DNA of 64,000 nt from Rhizaria sp. SCN 62-66 (taxonomy: Eukaryota), in contig MEDY01000018.1 in assembly GCA_001724265.1 (NCBI GenBank), positions 1 through 64,000 of the forward strand, given 5' to 3'. Every line of letters begins with the position of its first letter. Position 1 is the stretch's first letter. Of this stretch, positions 21,296 through 36,200 are shown piece by piece. Made by a program: the position numbers and the translations under genes. The notes under the pieces are model-generated. The model was not told the origin of the DNA and made no database searches. It saw nothing but the letters and a program-made list of their open reading frames with translations.

Positions 21296-24200
21296 TTACT
21301 GCTGCTCACCGTCATTGTCTCGATCGCCATTTACGTGATGATGATCGTAGTTCTGTGCATATTGGTGATGTTCGGTTGCATTATCACCATATCCACTCAG
21401 CGTATGCTCGTTGTAGCCGTTACGAACGTCAGTGATGTCGTTGAGTTGATGAGGGAACTGATCATGTTCATCCTCCTCGTCATCGTGCTCATGATGCACG
21501 CCAAACCCGCCAAATCCGCCGCCAAGCTCTGCGCGCTGTTGCGCCTCCCACATCATTTCGCTCTCGTGGTAACCGTGCGCACTCGTGGCGTGACCGTGGT
21601 TGGCGCTGAAGTGACTGTGAGCCGAGTCCACCCCACTGAAGCCGCTTGTGTTGCTGATGTTGTTGGTAACAAAGCCAGGTCCGCCGAAACCGACAGTGTT
21701 AGCAGCAAAGCTGTTGCCGTTGCCGCTGCTGCTGCTGCTACTGCTATTGGTGTGGCTCAGACTCGGAGCGTGGGAGCGTGTATGCGTGTCACTCGCACTA
21801 TCGTCGCCGAAATGCAGCGGAGGCAGCAGATGGGGCTGTTGATACTGCTGTTGCAAATGATACGGTAAGCTACTATTAGTGTGATTAGGGGCAACAGCGG
21901 CATTACCAGCAACGTTATTGTGGCCGCGCATACCAGTGACAGCGCTGCCGGCAGTGGCAGCGTCTGTCATACTTGCATGATAGCTCTCAGTCGCGGTATG
22001 ACTGTAGTAGCGCCCTAACTCTGCCCTGCCAGCAGCAGGCCCGTATAGAGAGTAGCCATTCGGGCCCCCGAATCCAGCGCTGAGTTCGTTTGCGTTAGCG
22101 ACACTGGTGAAACTTGTGACAGGAGCTGGAAGCACCGGGGCAACAGCGCCTTCACTGGGGTCAAACCCGCCTGCATGGGGAACGAACGCGGTGTTATTGG
22201 CAAAGCCACCGTTGCCACCATTGTGGTACATGTTGAAGCTCTGCTGTCCGGATGACTCAGCAGGCAATTCCCACCCCGGCCACGCGGCACCAGCACGACG
22301 CCTACCAGCGCCACCGTGACTAGCACTGTCGTCGTCGTCGTCGTCATCATCATCACCGAACCTGCTCGCGTTCACGCTCGCTGAGTCAGCGGGTCCGGCC
22401 TCAGCAGCGGTGGCTCTCGCGTGTTCCTCGAGCTCCTTGGCCATCTCCGCCTCGAACGCGGCCGCCTCGCGGTCCGCGCGGCGCTTGCGGAACGCTGTGG
22501 TGGCCCTGCGCAGCGCGCGCTGGAACACCGTCGCTGCCAGCACGTACGCCGCCGAGTGGTTCTCCGCCGACAGCTCGCTGATTTCGGGGAAATTGCCACG
22601 TAGAGTCGAGCGGTTGGACTTAAGCTTCTCGTTCTGACGCGAAATAGTAGCGTTTTCGATGCCGAACACGCGGCGCATGAGTCCCATGGCCAGGTCGGCG
22701 TAGTGGATGTAGCCGTTGTACTGCTTGAGGTCAATCTCGACCAGCAGCCGCAGCATCGCGGGGGTGTCCAGCGGGTCCTCAGCGAAGCCCAGCGGCGCCG
22801 GCGCGGTGTTGAGGAAGCCGCAAAGCTTGGTGACGTGCATCCACATTGGTTTTTCGGGCAGAACTTCCGTGTCGTCAAGCGTGAACGTGTTCTTGAGGCA
22901 GGCGATGCACGTTGCGCAGCAGCCGCAGGCGCCGCCCTCTTCGCAGCACGCCGCGCCCGCGCCGTCACCCTTGGCCGAGTCCATCAGACTGTTGAGTCCA
23001 CTGCCGCTGCCGCTGTTACGGCGCGAGTTGAGCGAGTTGCGCCCGCTATCGAGGCCGCTCGCGCTGTTGCGGCGGCTCGAAGCCTTGCTCGTGCTGCTGC
23101 CACGCTTCGGCAGCAGCAGCGCCGCGTTGGCGTTGTTGCCGGTGGTGCTGGTGGCGGCGCCGCCGGCACGGCTGCTGGAGCGCGGCTCGGGCGGGGGCGA
23201 CATAAGTGACTTTAACATGAGCTGATTGAACTGGTCCGCGTTGGCCGCGAGCGTGCGGCGGCGCTCCACCAGCTCCGGGGATAAACTGGAGCCAGGCGAC
23301 GGCGCTGTCGTCGTCGTCGACGTCGTTGTTGTATTGCCGCTGGTGTTGCTGGAGACGGCGGAGTGCGCGGGATCGGTCGACGGGGCAGGGGCCAAGGACG
23401 GCGGGCTGGTCGCCGTCGCCGACACGGTCACTGCCGTGAGATTCACAGTGCTCAGGTTATCAACAATGTTGACTGGAGCGGGGGCGACGGAAGCACGCGA
23501 CCCAGCGCCGCTACGCTGAGTGTCGCCGCGGTTATTCCGGTTACTGCGGTTCTGAGTCTGGATCTGCAATAATGACGACGTGCTGACATCGGTGAGAAGC
23601 GATTGTTGCAGGGCGTGTAGGTTGCGCCTGCCGGACAGCGGAGTCTCGCCACTGTCTGCAGCGTCGCCGCCGTTGGAAACGCCGCTGTCACTGCTGGTTG
23701 GCGCAGGGGGCAGCGGGGGCGGCGGAAGCGGACCCCTGGTGTCGCCAGCGCTTGCGTTTGTGAACGCGTCAACGTCGGAGTTGAGCTGTTGTTGGGTGAC
23801 GGCAGCTGCCGCAGCTGCAGCGAATGCCGCGCGCTCAGCCTTGTTCCGCCGGCGCCTCTCCGCGCGCTCGTCCTCCGCATCGGCAGCAGCCGCTGCTGCA
23901 GCAGCACTGGTGTGAGCCAGAGCGTCGTTGTTGTCACCGCCATTGCCAGAAGCGAACATATCGTGACTGGTCGCGCGACGGGTGTAGTTCTCAAGGTATT
24001 CATCGTCAGCGGCGTCGTCATTGCTACCACGGTCTCGCGCGCGGCTACGATTCGCGTCGTTGTTGCGTCGGTGATGCAAGTCTGTGTGCTGCCTCGTCTC
24101 GTCCTCCTCAATGCTCGCGTCAACGCTCGCTGTCATTTGACCGCTCGCACCAGTGTCGTTCACGTTGATGGAGGTCTTAGTATTGCGTGCCGGGTTAGGG

Positions 24201-27200
24201 TTCTGACTGCGCCTCTTCTCCGCCATCGACAGCGCATGGTGAAGCGAGTTGAGCTGCGACATGTGGACGGCGTCGAACGCGTTCTTCCCACTGTACGCGG
24301 CAGAGGTCAAACCACTGCTGCCTGGCGCGTCGCCGCTGCTCGGGCTGCGCCCGCTCGATGTGCCAGCGCCACTATTAGCATTGCCGTCGCCACCGTTGCC
24401 GTTGTTCCCACTGCTGTTGTTGTTGTTGTTGTTGCCGTTGATGTACGCAGAGTGCTTCTCGCGGCGCAGCTGCAGCTCAACTTGTTGCATGCGGTACGAT
24501 TGGACCTGCCCGCGCCTCCAGTCAGCCCAGGACTCGGCGAAAATCCTGATCTGGTCACGGTTCACGGGCGTATCGGAAGTCGCGGGGTCGTTCAACACTT
24601 CAGACTCGAAGTTATCGACAACGATAGCCACGAACACGTTAAGAATGAGAAACGTGGTGATGACCTGGAAGACGACGAAATACAGCGGCGTCCAGAACGG
24701 GTAGCCGCAGTCGAGCACGGGGGCCGTGTTGTCGCAGAAGGGAGGCTGCACCATCAACGACGACATGATGCCGTTCCACGACTCGCCCGTGGCAGAGCGG
24801 AAGAGCGTGCTGATAGCGCGCGGGAATGTGGTGAAGTTGGCGTTATTGTTATTTTCGGGACCGGGGCGCACGCGGCCGAAGATGTTCATGCCGAGAATAG
24901 CGAAGACGAAGAATGTAATGAACAGCACGAGGCCGACGGAAAGCAGCGATGGGATCGAGAAGGCGACGGTCTGCACCAGCATCTGCAATCCCTGCGCGCG
25001 CTTGAGCAGGCGGAACACGCGGAACACGCGGAACACGCGGAAGATCGTGGGGTCGATGCCCATGAGTCCGTTACCGCTGCGGCGCGCGACGAGGGGCAGA
25101 ATGGAGATGATGATAATGACGCAGTCGAACTTGTTCCAGTTGTCCGCCAAGTACTGCCGCGAGCCGAGTCCGGCGAACTTGAGCATGAGGTCGGCAACGA
25201 AGAGATACGTGCAAATATCGTTAAGCTCGGTCATCACGTTGGCCATGCGCGTGGGCTGGTCGTACCACATCAGGCACATGATGACCATGTTAACGACGAC
25301 GATAATAATCACGCCGATGTCGTACGCAGGGTGCTCGACCAAATTGTAGCAGAGATTGCGCAGCCGTACTTCGATGTACGGCGACTTGTACGCAAACCCG
25401 TCGTTGTGGCGCGCCTTCTCGGCCGCTACGTCCTTGCTTGCACTCGTGTGCGTGACGAACATGTGTGCCGCGTCCTCCCGCGTCATCACCACGGGCGACG
25501 GGGACGACCGCGCCTCCGGTGGCGTCACTGCGGGCTCGGCGGCCTGCGGATCAGACGCAGGCTCGTCATCGGCTGCGTTAGTGTCCATGGGATCAGTCAC
25601 GGCCGAGTCAGCATCAACAGCGTTACCCTTGTCGCTCACACCGCTCTTGTTGAGCGCGCCGAGGTTCGACGACGAGCGGAGAAACGAGGACGCAGAGCGG
25701 TTGAGTTGCGCCTCGTTGGTACGGCCCTTGGCGCGGCGCAGCGACTTCATCAGCGCAGCACGGGGGCTCGCAACACCCTCGTCGACAGTCCCGCCAGCAG
25801 CAGCAGCAGCAGCAGCTGCTGCAGTGCCCGCGGCTGCGCTGGGAGTCGCAGTCGCGGCAGAGTCATTGTTTGTGTCGCTGGGCTCGACAGATGGTGCAGG
25901 CGGTAGCGGGGGCGGCGGAGGCGGCGGCATCGGCGCGACTGAGCTGCTGCTGCCGTGCAACAGCGGCTGCGGCGAAAGCAACGGGTGCGTAACGCTGCTG
26001 TTGTTCGCGCTCACCGGACTGGCGGGGCCAGCAAAGTTGCTGTCGTCATCGTCAACAAGACCGGCTGCAGCGTGCACGGGAGTGAAGTTGGTCGTGATAT
26101 TGTCCTTGTTCGCGGCGTCAGCACCGTTGCTCGTGTCGTCCGAGTCGGTGGTCGTGTCACTCTCGTCCCGCAGCTTGATATCGCCGGTGAACGGGTTGAA
26201 CGCGGTCACCTTGCGCGACAGCCAGCGCGTCTCGAGCCTCCGGTGGAACTCCTCTTCGGCTTCAGTGCGGCGCAGACGGCAAAAGCAGAAGACGGGCTTG
26301 TGCGGCGGCAGCGGCCGCACGGGCGGCTGCGTCGACGCGATGTCCTTGAACGCTTCGAGGTAGTTGAGCTGGTCGTCAGTCATGTTGGCCGAGTCCGTGA
26401 AGGTCTCAAGGTTCTTCTTGTACTCGTCGACGACAACACCGACGAAGAGGGACATGACGAAGAACCCACCGACTAGAATAAACAACACAAAATACACAAC
26501 GGCCCACACAGCGGCGTCGGCGCGCGGTCCGTCGTAGTCGTTGGTGCCGTCCATCACGATCTGCATGATTTGCGGCCACATCTCGAACGTGGAGATCTCG
26601 AACAGCAGCAGGAACGCGTTGGGCACGTCGTCGAAGTTCATACCGTACGGGGATTTCCAGGCGAAGATCGCCTTTTCGGGGTCCAGGTATGCCGCGGTAG
26701 GCATCTTAGGGGTGAGGCCGGCGCCTGAGTTAGCCGCAAACTGTTTGGCCACATTCGTTTCCGCAGAGCCACTGGCAAGAGCTGCGAAAGCATCAGTGGA
26801 GTGAATTTGGGGCGAGAAGCCTTGAGCGCGCCAGTAGAACTCAGTATCACCACCTGAGGGCTCTGTAGCTGACGATGCAGTGACCGAGGTAATTAGCGCA
26901 GTGCGACTGTGAGCAAGGCGTGACTTGATATCGCCACGCGGGATAGCGGCAGCGGCGGCGCGGTGCTTCGAGTCAGCCTGCTGTTGCTTGTATGCGGGCG
27001 TAGCTGCAATCAACCACGGTGCGCTTTCACTGCCAGAAACAGTCGAGGAACGACGCTTGCTAGTCTGGGCAGATGTAGATTGTGACTGACTGTGCGCCCG
27101 GAGTGCCTTGACCGCGTGCGTACGGTCCTCAAGCAGCTCTTGCAGCCGGCCGGTAAAGAACGCTTCGAGAGCGTGGCGCGAGAGCGCCGAGTTGGCAACA

Positions 27201-30200
27201 GACCAGACGCGGGCAAGCGATTGTGAGAGCCACTCGCCGCGGGCGCCGCCGTATAGTGCGGAGTGACTGTGAGCAGCGGAGTCGGTCGAGTCAGTCTCGC
27301 TGCTATTATCGCGCGCAGATGGGGTGAACGCAAGCTTGATATCACTGTCATGACCCTCGTCATCGACTGTCTCATTGTGAGTGCCGCCAGCAGCAATGTT
27401 ACTGTCATCATTCTCGTCAACAAGGTAATCAATATCGTCAAGAGCAAACACGGTGTCGTCGTTGTTGTCTTCGTTGCCTGTGTGTTTGTTGATAGTGTAA
27501 CGCAGTGCGCGCACAGCATGCACTGGCCGGCCGTCAGTCGTCGGCGTGAAATCGACAACGACCTCATCACCACTGCGATCCCCGCCATTCGCACTCGCTG
27601 TCTGAAGCCGTGACTGCGTCTGCAACTCGGACGGTGATGGGGAGGGGGATGCGCGCAGTGTCGTGGTGACGCGGCGGCGCGAGCTATGCAGGAACGCCGG
27701 TCCACCACTAGAGCGCGCAGCAAATGCATTGCTGCCAAACTGCTGTTTTTGTTGCTGCTGTTGGTGTTGCTCGATGAAAAGAGAAGGGTTACGCTTGTAT
27801 GCGTTGCGCGCATCAAGAGTCGTCATAATCATCTCAGCACGCGCCACGGTCTGCTTGTGAGGCGGCTTAGCTTCCGCCGTCGCGGAGGCCTTCGGTGCGC
27901 GAGCCGTGACAGGAGTGACGGGCTGCGTGAACGGGTATAAGTCGATCTCACCACTGGTTTGCTCGCGAACAACATACGCAGACACGCTCGCCGCCGCAGA
28001 AACAGTCGCATCGAGGGCCTGTGTACGGCTGGTCATCGTCGCCTTGACCGGCGCGAACGAGTAGTCGGACTTGAACCCAAGCGCCGCCGTGAGCAGCGAC
28101 ACTGGCGTCTGCCCGCGCGTGACAGCGGCACGTGTCTCCGCAAGCGCTGAGAGCGCGTGCGGCGCGTTGATGGGGTTATTGATGTCCATCAGCACCTGGC
28201 ACTCGTCGCGGTTGACGCCGTAAAGCACCTCGAGCACGCCGTTGCCGTACCACGCCTCGCAGCGGTTGAGACGGCCCTTGAAGAGCTGGACGCCGATGAC
28301 GGCGAAGACGAGATAGAAAAAGCTGCCGACGAGCAGGACCTTGCCCAGCGAGCGGCCAGACGCGGTGATCGAGTCGACGATGATCTTCGCGCGGGGGAAG
28401 TTGGCCACGAGCTTGAGCGGACGCAGCGCGCGAAAAGCGCGAAAGTTGTTGAGCGGCGAGTTGGGGTCCGTACCGAAGAGAATGTAGATGAGCGAGAAGA
28501 TGACAATGCACAGGTCGATGATGTTCCACGGTGAACGCAGGTATGAACCCTTATGCAGCAGGAAACCAAGTGCGAGAATCTTAATTACGGCCTCAAGAGT
28601 GAAGATGGCAGCGACGACAATGTCGGACACGTCGAGCATGGTGTCCAGCGTGGAGCCCTGCGAGATGGTCGAGTCTGATAGCGCGGAAATGACCGACGTG
28701 AACAGGATCGACACGATGACAAAGATTTCGAAGAACCGCGAAGTCATAAGGCGCGCGAGGAACACGCGCACCCGGTGCGTCGGCGGGAGGATGAAGCACG
28801 ACACGCCGTACAGTCGCAACGGGGTCACCGCCACGCTCTCGCGCGAGGACGACTTGAGGTACGGGTGGAAGTGGTCGACCGCGGTGCGGTGGCGTAGGAA
28901 GCTCGGGATCGCGTTCGCGTCAGCGTCGGCGTCGGCATCGGCGTCGGTCTCGCTGGTGTCACCGCTGCCCGGCGCGGACTTGAGCGGGCCAGAGCTGAAG
29001 CTGGAGCTCGAACCAAGGCCAGAGCCAGGGCGCGAGCCAGTGGGGCCGCTGATGTTGGGCGAGATTGAGCCGGAGCGGGACGCCAAGGGACCACCGGGCG
29101 GCGCGAGCAGGCCCGTCGTGTCGTTGCTGTTGTTGAACGACGACGCTGCGAAAGAGGCAGTCTGAGCGTAGCCGGGCGGGTCGGTGTGGTAGCCCTGGGT
29201 TTGCGGCGTCGAGAAATCGGCGAAGCGGGCCATCTTCCTGACTCCGCGCGCGCTACCAGTCAAGCTCGCCTGGCCGGCGATGGTGTTGCTGTTGGTCGAG
29301 GGCGAGCCCTTGACGCCGCCGTTGTCGCCTGGGACGCTGGGAACGCTGAACGGATCGAAGGGCTGTTCTTGGTGGATCGGGTGCGAGTCGAGTCTCTGCA
29401 AGTGTGAGCCCTGGTGGGGGAGGAAGTGGCTCTGCGGCGGCACAAAGAACCCGTGAGTCGGAGCAGGAGCAGCAGCAGCAGCAGCAGCGCCATTGTTGGC
29501 GTGATACACAGCAGCGAGCGCGAGGGCTGCGGCGTGAGTCTCGGCATCAGCAGGGGCAGCAGCGCTGCCGCTGCCGCTGCCACTAGCGCTGTGAGCGCTA
29601 GCGCTGTCACCGCGGGCGTCGTGGACGCCTGTGATCGCGCTGCCCAGGCCGCCCGCGCTGTTGTAGATGTTGATGACGGGGGACGCCGCGTCGGAGCTAG
29701 GAGGAGAGCTCGCGGTAGACAGGAACGACTGCTGCTGCGCGAAGACTGGCAGAGCCGGCAGCGCTGAGAGCGCGGACACAGGCCGCACAGTCACGTCATC
29801 GCCGGCCCCGGCGCTACAGTGGCCGCTGGCGTTGCTATGAGTCGCCGCGCCGGGCACTGTGAGCGTGGAGCCGTCGCCTTTGGATGACGGTTGTGCAGCA
29901 GTGGCCGAGGGCGCCGCAGCAGGGACGGGCATGGACCGAGAGCGCGCCACAGGTGGCGCTGTGCCGTGAGCCCTTGAGCCAGAGCCGGAGCCAGAGCCCG
30001 GGCCAGAGCCGGCGCGGGGCTCCGTGGGTGCTGCTAGCTCGGGGACGGACTCAGGTGCAATAGGCGCGGGCGCATTTGCACCGATAATAGTCTCAACAGC
30101 GGCATCAGGGTGTGCGCGAGTCTCAGGAACATCAGCACTGGCGTCCGCGTTGTTGTGTACACTGTCTGTGGGAGCGGGAGGCAGCGGGGGCGGGGGCAGT

Positions 30201-33200
30201 GGGCTGTAGCCGTTGCCACCGTGGCCAGCACCGGCATTACCGGGGCCACCGCCAGTTGTGCCAGGGTTGAGGTGATTGCTGGACAGGAACGCGGAGACCG
30301 AGGGCAAGAGAACCCCACCGAGCGAAACCTCGCCAGTGATTTCACTGCTGGAACCCCACAGCTCACCGTTATTCCCCCCATTAATACCAGCGCCAGAGGT
30401 GGAGCTACTCGAGTTGCCCCCGTTGTTGTTGCCATTCAAGGTGACGAGCGGCCCGACGACGCTGACGCTGCTACTCGGCACCAGCGCGAACGCGGGGAAA
30501 CCCGTGTTGTGGCCGTGCGCGGCGTCGGTGTGCGGCACCAGTGCCGCGGCGAGGCCCGCAGCGGCAAGCGGGGACGCGGCTGCTGCGGCAGCGTCTGAGT
30601 CATTACGCGGCGACAAAGAACCGTCAGGCAGCTCACTAGAGCTGCCAAGGTTGTTCGCATTAATGCGAAGAGTGGTGGGAGAAACTAGCGGCGCAAGAGC
30701 GGGCGTCGTGGCCGCAGAGGCGGGCACTGATACTGTACCGCGGGCAGAGAGCGGCCGCGCTGACTGTGGCCGCGACGACCGTGCACCGGCAGCAGTGTTC
30801 GCTGTATCACTGTCATTGCCATGACCAGAGCCGGGCGCTGCGCCCGCGGTGGCGTTCGCAGGCGTCGCGTCGGCGGCGGTGGCGGCACGGCGGCCGCGCA
30901 GCTGCTCGTGCTGCTGCTGCTGCAGCTGCGCTTTCTCCACAGCCTCTTGCGACACGCCGAACGGGATGACGTCGTTGAACTGGTCCTCGTTGCGGGTGAA
31001 GCAGCGGCCGAGGCACGCGAGCAGACGCGACACGCAGCCGTCCTCGCCGCCGCACGTCCGGTGCCCGCCGCGGCCGAGCATCCACGGCCGCGCGTTGGCC
31101 ACCTCCGCCAGCTCAACCTGCTCGCCGTCTTCGGCGTTGTCCTCGCCGTCGGCGGTGTCGGAGGACACGTCTTCTTCGCCGGCAGACCGGCGACGCGCGC
31201 GTTCCGCGCGGCGCAGCTCCTGACGCTTCTTGACCGCGGCGCGCGTGCGCAGGCGAGCCATGTGCGTCTCGTACGAGTGCTCGGGGAAGAAACGGCTCGT
31301 CAGGAACGTGCGGCGACGGTCGCCGCCGGCACCCTGGAAAAGAGAAAACAAATTATAAAAGCGATATCATGAGTAAGGTGCACAAAGAACGAAGGTATTT
31401 TGACAAAACAAAACGGTTCGAGATAAATTTGTCATAATATGGTGATATTGCTGAATGGTGCCTACCTGGAACATAATACCGTCGTTCGACGGCGCAATGC
31501 CGAAGCCGGTGCGGGGAGCGCGCGGCGCGATGCCTGACCGCGCGAGCTGCTGCTGCTGCTGTGGGTGCGCAGTCGTCGTCGTGTCATCGGTCCCGCTCTG
31601 GCTCGCGGCCGAGGCAGCGCCTGCACCGCCGGCGCCGGCGTTGTTCGCACCAGCAGCAGCGCCAGTGACGCGCGACCGCGAGTGCGAGTGCGCGTATGAC
31701 CGTGATCGCGAGCGCGGCGACGGCGGGCGTTGTTGCTGCTCATCAGCGCCAGCGTCGCCGCCGTCCTTGGGGACGACAGCGGCGATGCGGGCCTGTGAGG
31801 TCGCGAGGGACGCACGTCTCTGCTTTCCGTGGGTCGCCGCTGCGGGGGGCTCGGTGCTGGACTGCGAGTCAGACCTCGGCATCTGCTGGTACTGCGGTTG
31901 CTGCTGCTGTTGCTGGTGATGCTGCTGATGCGCACGGAGTCGCGACGGCGACGGCGAAGGCACGCGCGAGCCCGCATGGGGCTTGGTCTTGTTGCCACGC
32001 TGCTGTTGGTCCCGCGCGCCGCCAGTGCGGCGACGCTCACCTGCACTTGCGCCAGCGCCAGCGCCAGCTCCAGTGCCAGTGCCAGTGTTGCCGGCGTCCG
32101 AGTCCGAGTCCGAGCTCGAACTCGCGTGCAGCGCGTTGACGAGCTGTCCGCCGAAGAGCGCGCCCCTGTTGCCCGCGGCGCCGGGCCGCAGCATGCGCTT
32201 TGCGCGCATCACGCGCACGAGCACTTCGACGGCCTTGCTCTCAGCTTCGGCGTTAAGGTAGTCCGCCTTGTCATTATCGCCCGCGCGGCGCGCCTTGTTG
32301 GCCGACTTGAGCATGCGCTCGACGTCCTTGATCGCGAGCGGGATGAGGCCCTTGGGGTCCATCAGCACAGGCCCCGCGCTGCCGCCGCCGGCGCCGCCGC
32401 CGCTGCTGTTGGCGCCGGCGCTGTTGAAGGCGGGGTCCATCATAACAGTGTTGATCATACTGCGGATACGGCGGTGGCCGGGGGTAGCCGCACCGGCACC
32501 GGCGCCAACGCTGGCGCTGGCGCTGGCGTTGGCGGCGCTGCCGGCGGGGGCATTGCTGGAGCCGGGTAGCGCCGTGCCCGACGGTCCAAACAGCGCATTG
32601 TTATTGGCATGGCCGTGAGTCGGCGACAGGAAAGCATTCGCACCCTTGTTGCCACCCGCAGCGCGGCTTGTGTGAGGTGCCTGCCTCGCACTATGCGGCT
32701 GCTGCTGCTGCTGCTGCTGTGGGATAGTGATTGTAAGCTCCGGAGAAAGTCCAGGACCCATACCAGTGCCAGAGCCAGTGTGGGCGTGAGCGCCCGAGCT
32801 CGGGTGACCGTGCGGGTATGCGTGCGTGTTTGCGTTGGCGCCAGTAACGATCGTGACCGTGACACCGCCAGGCGCCGGGGACGGCGGCCGCGAGCGCGAC
32901 CGCGCGTTCCGTGGCGACGGCGACGGCGATGGAGACGGGGACCGGCCGGCCAGCGCCAGCGCGTCAGGGGGGTGACCCCCGCTGCCGCCGTCACCGCCCC
33001 CGGAGTTGCTGCGGGCCGGCGAGGCGGCGGACGGCACCGCGAGCGACGACCTGCGGGAGCCCGCGCCGGCACTAGCGGCGGTGCCGCTGTGGCCGCCGTG
33101 GCGGGGGCCATGCGCGCCAGTCGGCATGACGATTGTCGGTCCCGACGCCCCGATCCCGGCCTTGTTGTTCAGGACGGCGGCGGCGGCGGCGGCGGCGAGG

Positions 33201-36200
33201 TCCGGGTCGATCACCACTGTCAGCCCACCCGCGTGCACACTGGTGTTGGCAGCCGTGGCGCTCGCGGCGGCGTTGGCGGCGGCGGCGGAGTCGCCGGTGC
33301 TGTTGACCGTGACGTGTGCCAAGTCGGGCTGGCTGTGAGACTTGGACAGAGTGTGCTCGTGCCCAGTCGCAGCGGTCGCAGAAGCGGCAGCAGCAGTCGC
33401 GTCACTGGAGCCTGGAGCAGCGCCAGTGCCGTCGGCGATCGCGGTGGTCGCGGCCGCAGCGCGGGCGTCGGCAGGGAAGAGAGAGGACAGCAAGTCACCC
33501 TGCAGAGTGTCGCGCCAGCGGTTGAGGCTCAGGCCCTTCATCTCGCTCCGCGCAATCGCGTAGAGGTCGTCCTCGTCGTCCTCGGCAGCGTTCGCGCCGG
33601 CTGCAGCGACGGCGGCGGCGGCAGGCGCGGCGTTGGTGTCAGCGCCAGAGATGATCGCAGCGGGCGACTTGGCGCTGGTCTTAGCGACGCCGTCATCGTC
33701 GCTGTCGTCGTCGTCGTCAGCGCCGCTGCGGCCGCTGTGGTCGGCGTCGTCCGCCGCGTCGTCGTCGTCTTCGTCGCGGTCGCCCTCGCCGTCTTCGGTG
33801 GGCGACGTGTCGTTGTCCGTCGCCGCGACCGAGTGCACGCGATGCTGGCTGTGCTGATAATAATGATACGTGCCGCCCACGGAGTACTCGCCCCCGCCCG
33901 CGCCAGTGCCAGCGCCCGTGCCAGAGGCGCTCACGCCGGCGCCCGCGACGACGATCAACGACCGGCGATTCGCGCTGTTGTAGTCGTCGCCCTGGCTGTT
34001 GTTGGCGTTGGCGCTGGCAGCGGGGGTGGTGAGGCCGTCGGCGATGATGTCAGCGAGGTTTTGACCGAGGTATAGCTCGTCGAACTGCTCTAAGACGTCG
34101 ATCATCTCTTGCTCTTCGGCAGTGGAGTCGACGTTGGAGAGCAGAATTGCGAAGAAAATGGCGATGACGACGTAGTTACCAAAGAACAACAGGATTACAA
34201 AGTAGATCACGGCGGCGTAGTTAGTGCCGCGCACAGCGTTGACGAGGACTTCGTTCCAGTTCTCTGCAGTGAGGATCTGGAACACCGCGAGCATTGCCCA
34301 TCCGAAGTGCTGGAAATTGGTGCGGCAAATCATCGGGTCTCCGGTCTGCGGGTCGTAGCAGTTCATCTTGTCGCGGAACAACTGCATGCCCAGCACGGCG
34401 AAGATGAACGAGAAGAGCATGAGCAGGACGCCGAAGTAGAAGAGCTCTAGCAACGACTCGGAAACGGCCAGGAGCAGGCGACGCAGGAAGGTCCACGTGC
34501 GCAGAAGCTTGAAGACGCGGAAAATGCGGAGCGCGCGGAAGAACACGGTGACATAGTTAAACCCTGCCTGGTTGAGACCAAAGTCAGTCCATGAGAGTAC
34601 GACAATGGCGAAATCAAAGCGGTTAAACGCGTCTTTAAAGTACAGCGAAGGACCGAGTCCGATGAATTTAAGCACGAACTCGATCGTAAAGACACCCGTG
34701 AATATCTGCGTGATGATGGTATTGGCATTTTCCCAAGCAGGTTGAATATTGTAGTGGTCGAAGCAGAGCACGATTGTGTTTGCGATGACGCTGAGGTTGA
34801 TCACCGTGGTAAAGTTCGGATGCGAGATGATCCAGTACATCGGCCACACGAGGTAGCGGAAGTACGCGTTATACACCGCCGCCGCACACCCGTCATCGCT
34901 GCCGCGCAGAGACATCTTCTTGAGCTGCTCCAGCCGCCGCTCCTCGACGCTGCGCGAGTCGACCGTGGCGTCGTCGCCGTTGACGTCGGCGGCGGCGTTG
35001 TGCTCCTTGTAGTACTCTCGCCAATATTGCGCGCTCTCGTCTATGGACCGCGACACCGACGTCGACGCCGTGGAGAAAGACGAGTTGCTGTGCGAGCCGC
35101 GCTGGTGGTACGACTGCGAGCTGCTCATCTCCGTCTCGCTCTCATCGCGCCACTGCGGCCGCCGCTTCACCGGCGCCGCGCTAGCACCTGAGTCGCCGTC
35201 GCTGCTGCCGCCCGCAGCGGTGGGGGCGTCGGAGCTGTGGTGACGGCGGTGCTTGCTCATGTTGCTGAACTTAGCGCCCCCACTCTTGTTGTTATTGTGA
35301 TTATTGGCGTCGTCGTCGTCGTCGTCGCTGTCGTAGGTGTGGGGGTGCAGCGAAACGACCACCGCGCGGCTGCTGCCGCCGAGAGACTGCTGCGCCTTGC
35401 TGAACGCAGTCACGCGGGTCCCTGTGGCAACCGGGTTAGAGTTCGCGTTCTTGTTGCTAGCGTTCTGGTGACTGCTGTGTGGACCTGACGCCATCGAGAC
35501 GGCAGGCGCCGGCCCGCCGCCAAGTCCGCCGCTGCCGCTGGCGGCAATGTCGCCCGCGTTGTTGGGCGTCGACGAAGGCTGCTTCATGGCGGACTTGATC
35601 GGTACGCGGCCCGCGGTCGTCGCCGCAGACCGGCTGCCTCGAGTGCCAGCGCTAGGGGCGGTCGTCGCGCCTGTGTTGGGGCTCGCGGCGGCGCCGTTTC
35701 TCGTGCTGTTAACCGCGCTATTGTTGCCGTTCACTGGAGAGATGGGAGGCAGAGACAGCGGGGCCGGCGCAGAGAGCTGGGTCACCGTCGTTGCAGCAGT
35801 CGCGCTCGCGGGGGCGTTGGCGGCGTTCGCGCTGGCGCGGCGGTGGTTCGCGAAAAAGGTGGCCGCAGCGGCGTCCTCAGGGTTGCTCAGTCTGTTCCTG
35901 TTGCTGCCGGCGCCGCCGCCGCCGCCGCCGCTGGAGCGGGCGTTGGTGTTGCTGCTGGCAGAGCTTTCGTCGGTGTCACCCGTGGGCGTGTGACTGTGTC
36001 CCGGAGCAGAGGGATCATTGGGGACTGGCGGCGGGGGCAACGGACTGCCGCGGTGTTCGCTGCCAGAATTCCCATCATTCGCAGTGTTATTCGCGCCTGT
36101 GTTCGTGTCGTTATTGTAGTTGATGTTGTTGATTGGGCCGGTGAAGCTACTGCTGTGCTCCGAGAGGCGCGCGAGCACGTCTAAGGGGATGTCGGGCATG